18,234 nucleotides of DNA from an uncultured Janthinobacterium sp. (GTDB lineage Bacteria; Vulcanimicrobiota; Vulcanimicrobiia; Vulcanimicrobiales; Vulcanimicrobiaceae): the NCBI GenBank assembly GCA_964658025.1, contig CAZZXB010000054.1, positions 1-18,234 on the forward strand. The letters are read 5' to 3'. Of the stretch, positions 7,741 through 15,457 are shown in pieces (the stretch's first letter is position 1; every line of letters starts with the position of its first letter). Below the pieces are notes generated by a model. It had not been told where the DNA came from. It did no database searches and saw nothing but the letters and a program-made list of their open reading frames with translations. A program made the translations under genes and the position numbers.

Positions 7741-8361
7741 TCAGACCCGCGCGAGCACGCGCAAGAAGACGCGTTCGGCGAAGCCGTTGTCGCGTTCGAG
7801 GCGGGCGAAGGTTTCGTGTCGGATCTGCGCTTCGAGCGCGCGCTTCGTCGAGAGCGCGCGGCCGAGATCGGAATACGCGGCCTCGAGTTCGGGTCCGTCG
7901 AGATCGACGAGACTCCGTTTGAGTTGCGCCACGCGTTCGTCGGCCTCGCTCGAGAGTTCGAGCGCGACGTCGCGCTCCACGTCGCGGTAACGCGCGATGA
8001 GGCGTTCCATCTGCGCGACGGTCGGCAGGCCGCGCGTCGGCGCGCCGCCGCCGGCGGATCCGGCACGCGGGGTCGTGGACGGCGCGCGCGGCGCGCGCCC
8101 GTTCGCGCTTTTCGGCGGCGCGTCGAAGTTCGGATAGATGCGCAGGATGGAGGCGATGCGCTGCGGACCTTTCGGCGACTGCAGACCCTCCGCGACGCGC
8201 GTTTCCACGAGCTTGGTCCGGAGCGCCGTGTCGGCGATGATTTTCAGATGCGACGGATCGGCATCCGGCGGCGGCCGCCGATCTCCGAAAAAGTCTTCCG
8301 GTGAAGCGTCCGGAAGTGCGAGGGCCGTCGCGAGTAGCCGTTCTCGATCGCTCTGCGCCAT
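7741..8361 (-). CDS. Hypothetical protein (206 aa): two helical regions joined by a Pro/Gly/Ala linker
   Basis: ATG-initiated ORF filling the gap between dinB and the PhzF gene, with protein-like composition. No family recognised. Confidence 0.75.
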   Translation of the reverse strand: MAQSDRERLLATALALPDASPEDFFGDRRPPPDADPSHLKIIADTALRTKLVETRVAEGLQSPKGPQRIASILRIYPNFDAPPKSANGRAPRAPSTTPRAGSAGGGAPTRGLPTVAQMERLIARYRDVERDVALELSSEADERVAQLKRSLVDLDGPELEAAYSDLGRALSTKRALEAQIRHETFARLERDNGFAERVFLRVLARV

Positions 8362-8370
8362 GTCGCGTCG

Positions 8371-8395
8371 TTTCGGCGAGGCGGTTGACGTGCCT
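8371..8395 (-). promoter_or_regulatory. Candidate alternative-sigma promoter for the 206-aa gene (AGGC-N17-GAAA-N9-ATG)
   Basis: Read directly on the minus strand. No Shine-Dalgarno is visible. Confidence 0.35.
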
Positions 8396-8425
8396 GGTTC
8401 GTCGCGAGCCCATCGCGCGTTCGTT

Positions 8426-9322
8426 TCAGGTCGGCTCGATCCGAACGGTCCCTTCGGCGAAGGGGACCACGTCGCCGCCGACCTCGATCCCGTCGCGACC
8501 GTAATCGCCGTGAACGAGCACGTGCAAGTAACTGCGGCGTCCCATCTTCGTGCCCTGCTCGCTGACGAATCGCGTGCCGTCGCGCGCGTCGACGAGTCCG
8601 TGGTGCATCATGAAAGCGGCGAGCGGGCCCGTCGCGCTTCCGGTCGCCGGATCTTCCACGACGCCGTGCTCGGGGCCGAACATGCGCGAGTACGCACCCT
8701 CCGGCGTCGGCGCGAATACGAAATTGCAATTGACCGTCGCCACGCCGCCGTGCAATTCGCGCGAGCCGGCGAGATCGAGCCACGCGCGATCGACCGCCGA
8801 CCGGTCGCGAAGGGCGAAATAGACGTTCGGATTTCCGGCCGAGAGCAGTTGCGGCGGGACGTCCAGGAAGTCGTCCGCCGCGAGTCCGAGCACGCGCGCG
8901 CAGAGCGCGCGGTCGAACGTCGCGCCCCACGCGATCGGCGGCGTCGTGAGCCAGATGCGCCCGGTATCGCGATCGACGCGCACCACAACGGCGCCGACCG
9001 GTTCGTCGATCGCATAACCGTCTCGAGCGGCGTCGAGCAAGCCGCACGCGAGGGCGACCGACGTCGCGCCGACCGTCGGGTGCCCCGCGAACCGCATCTC
9101 CATCGTCGGCGTGAAGATGCGATACCGGAGATCGCATCCGTCGCGCTCGGGCGGGCAGACGAACACCGTTTCGGAGAGGTTGAACTCGCGCGCGATCCGT
9201 TGCATCGTCGCGCCGTCGAGACCCGTCGCGTCGGGAAACACGGCGAGTGCGTTTCCCTCGAGCGGCGTTCGCGTGAACACGTCGACGATGCGAAACGCGT
9301 ACGAGCCGGGCGATGCGTTCAC
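8426..9322 (-). CDS. PhzF family isomerase/epimerase
   Basis: VDVFT..PLEGNALAVF, FNLSETVFV, RIFTP..EMRFAGHPTVG, EDPATGSA, EQG.KMGRRS. Confidence 0.95.
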   Translation of the reverse strand: MNASPGSYAFRIVDVFTRTPLEGNALAVFPDATGLDGATMQRIAREFNLSETVFVCPPERDGCDLRYRIFTPTMEMRFAGHPTVGATSVALACGLLDAARDGYAIDEPVGAVVVRVDRDTGRIWLTTPPIAWGATFDRALCARVLGLAADDFLDVPPQLLSAGNPNVYFALRDRSAVDRAWLDLAGSRELHGGVATVNCNFVFAPTPEGAYSRMFGPEHGVVEDPATGSATGPLAAFMMHHGLVDARDGTRFVSEQGTKMGRRSYLHVLVHGDYGRDGIEVGGDVVPFAEGTVRIEPT

Positions 9323-9610
9323 GCGAGGACCGTCCGTTTCACGAGAAGGGCGCGCTCGCGCAAGAGACGCCGCGCATCGTCGCCGACGTTCGCGACGATC
9401 GCGGGCCGCGCCGCGCGTCGTTCGTTCGCGCGTAGGACCGACCCCCGCGTCGCGTTCGCGATCGGATGACGAACGCGGTCGTGCGGTCGGCGCCGTCCGG
9501 CATTCGATCGTGCGCGCGCCGGGAGCCGTTCACCGCGACGATCCCGAGTAACACGATGACTCCGAAGATCGAGCCGAGGACGATACCGACGACCTTCACG
9601 CGCGCGTCAT
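9319..9610 (-). pseudogene. Small membrane-anchored protein, apparently frameshifted (track ORF 9339..9599)
   Basis: Hydrophobic N-terminal helix KVVGIVLGSIFGVIVLLGIVAV. A second frame gives PAIVANVGDDARRLLRERALLVKRTVLA*, whose TGA (9321-9319) overlaps the PhzF GTG. An ATG at 9610 overlaps the GNAT stop but is in a third frame. Confidence 0.5.
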
Positions 9611-10587
9611 ATGTGGTCGTTACTCCAGGTGGGATCGCCCCGGCCGCCGAGCGTCTCCGCCGCGACGTCGGTCCACCAGGCCTTCGCCGCGGCCGAAATC
9701 GGGACGATCATCAGAATCGCATCCTTGCGCCGACGTACGGAACCACGCGGGAGGAGCGAGCGCACGGGTTCCGGAGGGAGCCATCCGCCGACGCGTCGGA
9801 AGTCGCCCGCGCCCGCGCGCAGTAACGCCGGAAGGACCGCGCGGCCGGCCTCGCCGTCGAACGCGCACTCGTCGACGACGAACGTGTCGGCGCGTAGGAC
9901 GCGACGACCCATCGCGTACGCGATGACCGCGCGACCGCGTTTCACGACGAGCCGGACCGGTTGGGAGGCGTCGTTGCCCGGCGCGTCCCAGCGACGCATC
10001 ATCCAATCCCAGACGAGCGGCGTGCGATGGAGACTCCACGGACGCGCGGATTCGTGCGCGGCGAAGCACTGACGGAGCGCCGCGCGATCGCGATCCTCGA
10101 GCGGAATCGCCCCCGCGGGCGAACCGTCGAGCAGGTTCGCCCGCAGCGTGATCAGGCGCGACGGTAACGCGACGAAACCCAGTCGTTCGTAGAACGCCGG
10201 GTGGATGTCGGAATAGAGAAAGGCGAGATCGCGGCCGGCCGCGCGTTCGGCGTCGAGCACGGCGCCGAGCATCACGCTCGCGAAGCCGCGACCGCGCGCG
10301 CGTTCGGGCGTGTAGACGGCGCCGATCCCCGTGGCGCGAAGCGTCCGTTCGCCGTAGCGGAGTTCGCGATCGTAATTCTTACAGGACGAAACGATCGCGC
10401 CGTTCTCGCGCAGGCCGACCGTGAACGAGCGGCGCCGACCGTACGCCGACGTCGCCGTGGCGCGCGTTCCGGCGACGTAGCGATCGAAGGTCATGCTCGT
10501 TCCCCACAGCGCGTGCGTGTCGGGTAAGACGTCCTTCGCGTACTCCTCGAACGAAATCGATTCGAGCTTCACGGCGGGCGAGAGCAC
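9607..10587 (-). CDS. GNAT family N-acetyltransferase (Eis-like, two-domain)
   Basis: Motif A GIGAVYTPERARGRGFASVML, and LYSDIHPAFYERLGF. GGAG lies 8 nt upstream of GTG 10587; alternative GTGs are at 10596 and 10572. Confidence 0.88.
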   Translation of the reverse strand: MLSPAVKLESISFEEYAKDVLPDTHALWGTSMTFDRYVAGTRATATSAYGRRRSFTVGLRENGAIVSSCKNYDRELRYGERTLRATGIGAVYTPERARGRGFASVMLGAVLDAERAAGRDLAFLYSDIHPAFYERLGFVALPSRLITLRANLLDGSPAGAIPLEDRDRAALRQCFAAHESARPWSLHRTPLVWDWMMRRWDAPGNDASQPVRLVVKRGRAVIAYAMGRRVLRADTFVVDECAFDGEAGRAVLPALLRAGAGDFRRVGGWLPPEPVRSLLPRGSVRRRKDAILMIVPISAAAKAWWTDVAAETLGGRGDPTWSNDHI

Positions 10588-10631
10588 GACCGTCACTCCA
10601 ACGCGACGGTCGCGATCACCCGCCGCGCCGA

Positions 10632-11885
10632 CTACACGAACGCGAGCGTGTCGAAGCTCCCGCTGATGATCCCGGTCGTCGCGCGTCCGAGCCAACGCTC
10701 GAGGACGGTCGCGTAGACTTGACGGAAATCGTAGCCGTGGACGAGATCCCCGTTGGGATCGAGTTCGGTGAGTGAGGGGTGATCGCCGTACACGCCGCCG
10801 CGAACCTTACCGCCGACGATGAAGAGCGGCATCGCCGTGCCGTGATCGGTCCCCGCCGACGCGTTCTGCGCGACGCGCCGCCCGAATTCGGAGAACGTCA
10901 TCGCGAGCACGTTGCCGTCGAGGCGTTTCTCGGCGAGGTCGGCGTAGAACGCGCGCAGGCCGTTCGCGAGATAGCCGAGGAGCCGGTCTTGCTGCGCGCG
11001 CTGGTTCGCGTGCGTGTCGAACGAACCGATCGAGACGAAGATGATGCGCGTTCCGACGCGCGCGTTCACGATCTGCGCGGCGAGTTGGAGTTGTTGCGAG
11101 AACGCGTCTTTGGGATACGTGACGGTCGTGGCGTAGGTCGTGCCGAGCTTCGCGCGGAGCGCGTCGCCGCCGTGCATCCCGTTTCGCGCGGTCGTCTCGA
11201 CGAGCGAGAGGTACGGCGATTGGCCCGCCCTCGCGCCGTCGTAGAGCCGTCCGGCCGCCGATTTCGACGCGACGTCGCGACCCGTGTTGTAGCCGTACGT
11301 GTTGAGCGTGCCGATCGCGGGAACGTCGACGTGCGATCCGATGAGCGCCGTCGGCACCGTTTCGCCGAGCGCGATCGCGCGGAAGAGCGACGTCGGATCG
11401 CCCGCCGCGACGGACGACGCGGGAGTCGACGATTCGTCGAGATAGCGGCCGAGCCAGCCGTTGGAGACGGGTTTGTCGGGCGACGCCGTCTCCCAGATCT
11501 GCGTCGCCTCGAAGTGCGACCGATTGGGATTGGGGTAACCGACGCCTTGCACCACGGCGACGCGGCCCTCTTTGTAGAGATCGTCGAGCGGCGCGAGCGC
11601 CGGATTGAACCCGATGCGATCGTTCAATTTGAGCGTCGCGTTCTCGGCGATGCCGATCGCGGGGCGGACGCGATGGTACGCGTCGTCGGCGTAGGGCACG
11701 ACCGTGTTGAGTCCGTCGTTCCCGCCGCCCATCTGGATGACGACGAGCACGTTGTTCGGATCGACGCTCGATCCGAGCACCGGAAGCGGTTGCGCGAACG
11801 CGGCGCGACCGAGAAACGACGGCAACGCGCCGCCGAGCACCGCGACGCCCGCGGATTTGGAGATGAACGCGCGACGAGACGACAT
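10632..11885 (-). CDS. DUF1501 family protein with Tat signal peptide
   Basis: SRRAFI twin-arginine signal, VVIQMGGGNDGLNTVVPY, PNRSHF, GWLGR, FDTHANQ, SEFGRRVAQNAS.GTDHG, DFRQVYATVL. GGAG RBS. Confidence 0.93.
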   Translation of the reverse strand: MSSRRAFISKSAGVAVLGGALPSFLGRAAFAQPLPVLGSSVDPNNVLVVIQMGGGNDGLNTVVPYADDAYHRVRPAIGIAENATLKLNDRIGFNPALAPLDDLYKEGRVAVVQGVGYPNPNRSHFEATQIWETASPDKPVSNGWLGRYLDESSTPASSVAAGDPTSLFRAIALGETVPTALIGSHVDVPAIGTLNTYGYNTGRDVASKSAAGRLYDGARAGQSPYLSLVETTARNGMHGGDALRAKLGTTYATTVTYPKDAFSQQLQLAAQIVNARVGTRIIFVSIGSFDTHANQRAQQDRLLGYLANGLRAFYADLAEKRLDGNVLAMTFSEFGRRVAQNASAGTDHGTAMPLFIVGGKVRGGVYGDHPSLTELDPNGDLVHGYDFRQVYATVLERWLGRATTGIISGSFDTLAFV

Positions 11886-11895
11886 ACGGACTCCG

Positions 11896-13338
11896 TCAGT
11901 TCAGCTGATTGGCGGGAAGGTTGAGTACGAGCGCGAGCGCGCCGCGGATCTTGTCCTGATAGTTCTCGCCCGAGAGCGGCACGGGCAGCGACGCGTCGCT
12001 CGATCGGAGGTACGCGACGAGCGACGTGCGGACGTCGCTCGTGACGTCGTCCTGGATCGCGTCGCGCGCGAGGATCGCGAGCACGTTCGCCGCGTCGAGG
12101 CCGCCCGCTTCGCGCATCACGACGTCGGGCGTATACGCGGGGAACGATGCGGCGAGGGCCGCGTCGCTCGCGGCGGGCGGGGCGCTGCGCACGATGCGGT
12201 TGACGTAGTTGAAGCGCGCGAGCAGCGTGGCCGTGTTGATCCACGTCGGTCCGCCGTCCCAGCCCTTTACGTTCGGCGGCGCGAGCGGCTCCTGACCCAT
12301 CCGCCGCATCCACGCGATCGTGTCCTTCGGCGCCGCGGAGACTTGCATGAAGCGGAGCAGGCCGATCGTGAACTCGATCGGACTTTTCGGAAGCGAGCGA
12401 TACGCGCGCGCCGAGTAGAAGACGTTCGAGCGGAAGATCGTGCCGACGGTGCGCGCGATATCGTACCCGGAGAGTGCGTACGTCTGCGCGAGCGCGTCGA
12501 CGAGTTCGGGCTCGGGATCGGAGTACACGAAATACTCCAAGAGCTTGCGGCAGATGAAGCGCTGGTGGATCGGTTGCGCGACGATCATCCCGAGCACGTC
12601 CTCGCCCGTGAAGGTGCCCGTCTTGCCGAGAAACGTTTTGGGCCCGTCGTCGTGGATGCGCGGGCGGAAGACGAAGCGACGATCGGGTCCGAGCGTCCAG
12701 CCGGTGAAGGCGCGCGCCGCCGCGTGGACGTCGTCCTCGCTGTAATTGCCGAGGCCGAGGGCGAAGAGCTCCATCACCTCGCGCGCGAAATTTTCGTTGG
12801 GATGGAGCTTGGAGTTCGAGCGGTTGTCGAGCCAGACGAGCATCGCGGGATTCTTCGCGACCGCGACGAGTAACGTCCGAAAATCGCCGAAGCCCAGGGT
12901 CCGGAAGAGGTCGATCTGCTCGGCCATCATCTCGGGCGGTACCTTCGTGATGCTCGTCGCGAAGTGGCCGTGCCAGAAGAGCGTCATCTTCTCGACGAGC
13001 GGGCGCTTCGTGCGCAACATGCGGTCGACGTACCAATTCTCGACGATCGCGCGGTTGGTCTTCCGGTTATAGAGATCGTCCGTCGGCGGATAGTCGACGA
13101 GCGCCGAATCGTCGCCGGTCGGATGCAATAACGAGTCGACCGCGCCGTTCGATCCGAGCGAGACGAGCGCGTCCACGTCTCGGGGCGTCCCGCCGAAACC
13201 CGCGCGACGCAATAAGTGCGCGGCCTGACGGTGCGAGAACGGACCCGCATAACGCTCCAGCGGTGCGGCGTCGAGCGCTCCGGGCGGGCGATATCCGACC
13301 TGCGGGTCGGTCGACGTATCGAGATGCATGGCGTTCAC
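11896..13338 (-). CDS. DUF1800 family protein
   Basis: AAHLLRRAGFG, EKMTLFWHGHFATS, PAMLVWLDN, PNENFAREVMELFALG, AARAFTGW, PPNVKGW. It sits directly upstream of DUF1501, the usual arrangement. Alternative ATG at 13329. Confidence 0.93.
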   Translation of the reverse strand: MNAMHLDTSTDPQVGYRPPGALDAAPLERYAGPFSHRQAAHLLRRAGFGGTPRDVDALVSLGSNGAVDSLLHPTGDDSALVDYPPTDDLYNRKTNRAIVENWYVDRMLRTKRPLVEKMTLFWHGHFATSITKVPPEMMAEQIDLFRTLGFGDFRTLLVAVAKNPAMLVWLDNRSNSKLHPNENFAREVMELFALGLGNYSEDDVHAAARAFTGWTLGPDRRFVFRPRIHDDGPKTFLGKTGTFTGEDVLGMIVAQPIHQRFICRKLLEYFVYSDPEPELVDALAQTYALSGYDIARTVGTIFRSNVFYSARAYRSLPKSPIEFTIGLLRFMQVSAAPKDTIAWMRRMGQEPLAPPNVKGWDGGPTWINTATLLARFNYVNRIVRSAPPAASDAALAASFPAYTPDVVMREAGGLDAANVLAILARDAIQDDVTSDVRTSLVAYLRSSDASLPVPLSGENYQDKIRGALALVLNLPANQLN

Positions 13339-15457
13339 TCAACGCCCGAGTTTCGACCGCAGTTCCTCGAATAACTCCGGTGCGGAGATGCCGCGCGTGG
13401 CTTTTCCCGAAACGCTAATGCAAACGTAATCCCGAGAGCGTGACGTGGCGCACGCGAACGCGCGGCGATCCTCGGCGTAATACTTCTCGCCGAGTTTCGC
13501 TTTGTAGAGCGCGTAGCTGAATTTCGCGGTACGCGCGGCCGCCGCGTCGCCGACGTTCTCTTTCGGGATCATGCCGAGCGAGGGCATGAAGAGAAAGGCG
13601 TCCGGGACGTAATAGCGCGGCCACGCTCCGGCGCGCACGTCCACCACGAAGGTCGCGTCGAAGGTCTCGCCTTTGGCCGCCTCCACGTCGAGCACGCGCA
13701 CGGCGTGCGGATCGCGGACGGCGATCGCGAGCAGATCGTCCTCCGAGCGCGAGACGCGTTCGACGCGTTCGAGAAAATCGCCGAGCGTCGCGAGCGGATC
13801 GCGCTCCGCGAACGCCGCGATCTCGTCCGCGAGTCGCGCGATGAGAAACCTCGCGTGCCGTCCGCGTGCGTCGTCGCGGAGCGTCGCGAGCGCGCTCTCT
13901 TCCAGGACGAGCGTCGCGAGTTCGGGGAGCGTCGCGGAACGGGCGGCACGCTCCCAACGGGCGAGGGCCGCGCGGAACGTGCCGAGCCGTTCGCGCGCTC
14001 CGGCATCGAGTAACGCGTCGACGTCACCGCGGGTGACGTTGCGCCCGAGGCGCAGATCGCGTCGCCGATCCCACCGTCGACCGACGTCGGCGGCGTCGTC
14101 GCCGGGCAACTCGAACAGTAACGGTTGCGGTTCGTTCGCGTCGCCGCAGAGCACGGCGACGCTCGCGTCGGAGAGGGCGAGCCACGGCGCTTGGAGGGCG
14201 CGCAAGAGATAGTCGTGCCGGTACGGATCGGTCGCGCACCAGAGCGCGGCGAGCGCGTCGGCGACGGCGGGGCGCTCGTACAGGCTCGCGAACCCGCCGA
14301 GATCGACCGGGACGTCGCGCGCGAGGATCGCGTTCGCGTACTCGCTCGCCGTGCGGAGGTTCCGCGTGACGACCGCGATCCGTTCGGGAGCCGTGCCGTC
14401 GGCCACGCGTCGCGCGATCTCGCTCGCGACCCCTCGCGCCTCGTCGCGCCGATCGGTAAAGCGCTGGAGTTCGAGGCGAGGAGAACCGCGATGCGCGTGC
14501 GAGAGCGCGATCACGGTCGCGCGTTCTTTGAGGTGTTCGATCCCGCGCGCGCCCGCGAACGAGCGGGTGCGCTGTGCGTCGTCGCCCGCGAGCGTGACGT
14601 TCGCGAGACCCTCGCGCGCGATCGCTTCGAGCAGCGCGAGCTGTCCCGCGGTGAGATCTTGCGCGTCGTCCACGAGGATCGCCGCGAACGTCGCGCGCGT
14701 CCGCTCGCGCGCGCTCGGGTCGGCGCGGAGCGCGCGGACGGCTTCGTAGACCGCGTCGGTCGCGGTGAGGCAACCGCTCGCGACGAGGGTCGCCTCGTAC
14801 GATTCGTAGAGCCGCGAGAGGATCTTCACGAGATCGATCTCGCGCGCGCGTTGGCGTTCGAGTTCCTCCGGTCCGACGCGAAGCGAATCGCGATACTTCG
14901 CACCCGTCGCTGCGATGAGGTCGGCCCCCGCGAAATTCGGCGGGTTGGCGTAGAACGTCGTCGCTCCGCGCAGTCCCGCGGACTTGAAGTCTGCGGGCGA
15001 CACGAGCGCGGCGCGGAGTTTTCGGATCAGGCGGAAGGCGGCGGCCGCGAAGCGCTCGGGCGCGCGCAGACCCGTGATCTCCGGATCGATCTCCGCCCCG
15101 ACGAACTCCGTCCACGAGAGTGCGAAGAGATCGGCGCCGACGCCTTCGAAGTGGAGCGACGCGCGGACGTCGTCGATCTCCTCGATCCGCGCGTCCGGAC
15201 GAGCCGTGCGAAGCGCCTCGAACGCGAGCTCGCCGAAGGTCGCGCATCGCACGCGCGTCGCCGGTATCGCTCGGCGCGGCGAGCACGACCGTCGCGCCGG
15301 GCGCTTCCGCGAGGCGGATCGCGCGCCGCACGAGCGCGTAGCTCTTCCCCGTTCCGCTCGCGCCCGCGACGACGAGCGCGCCGCCGTCGCCGGCCGCGTC
15401 GATCGCCCGCACCTGCGCTTCGTCGAGCGCCGTCCCCTCCGTCGCGGCGGCGTTCAT
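13339..15457 (-). CDS. UvrD/AdnA-like superfamily 1 helicase (~706 aa if repaired), split by a frameshift near 15255; no C-terminal nuclease
   Basis: The N-part (frame of 14024..15457) has LDEAQ and GASGTGKS. The C-part (13339..15252) has ATF, ILVDDAQD, AGDDAQ, AAKGETFD and EDRRAFACATSRSR. The start overlaps the upstream stop (ATGA). Confidence 0.82.

Noticed and set aside
8426..9322. Phenazine biosynthesis cluster
   Set aside because: Only a lone PhzF-family gene is present, and such homologues are widespread without phzA-G.
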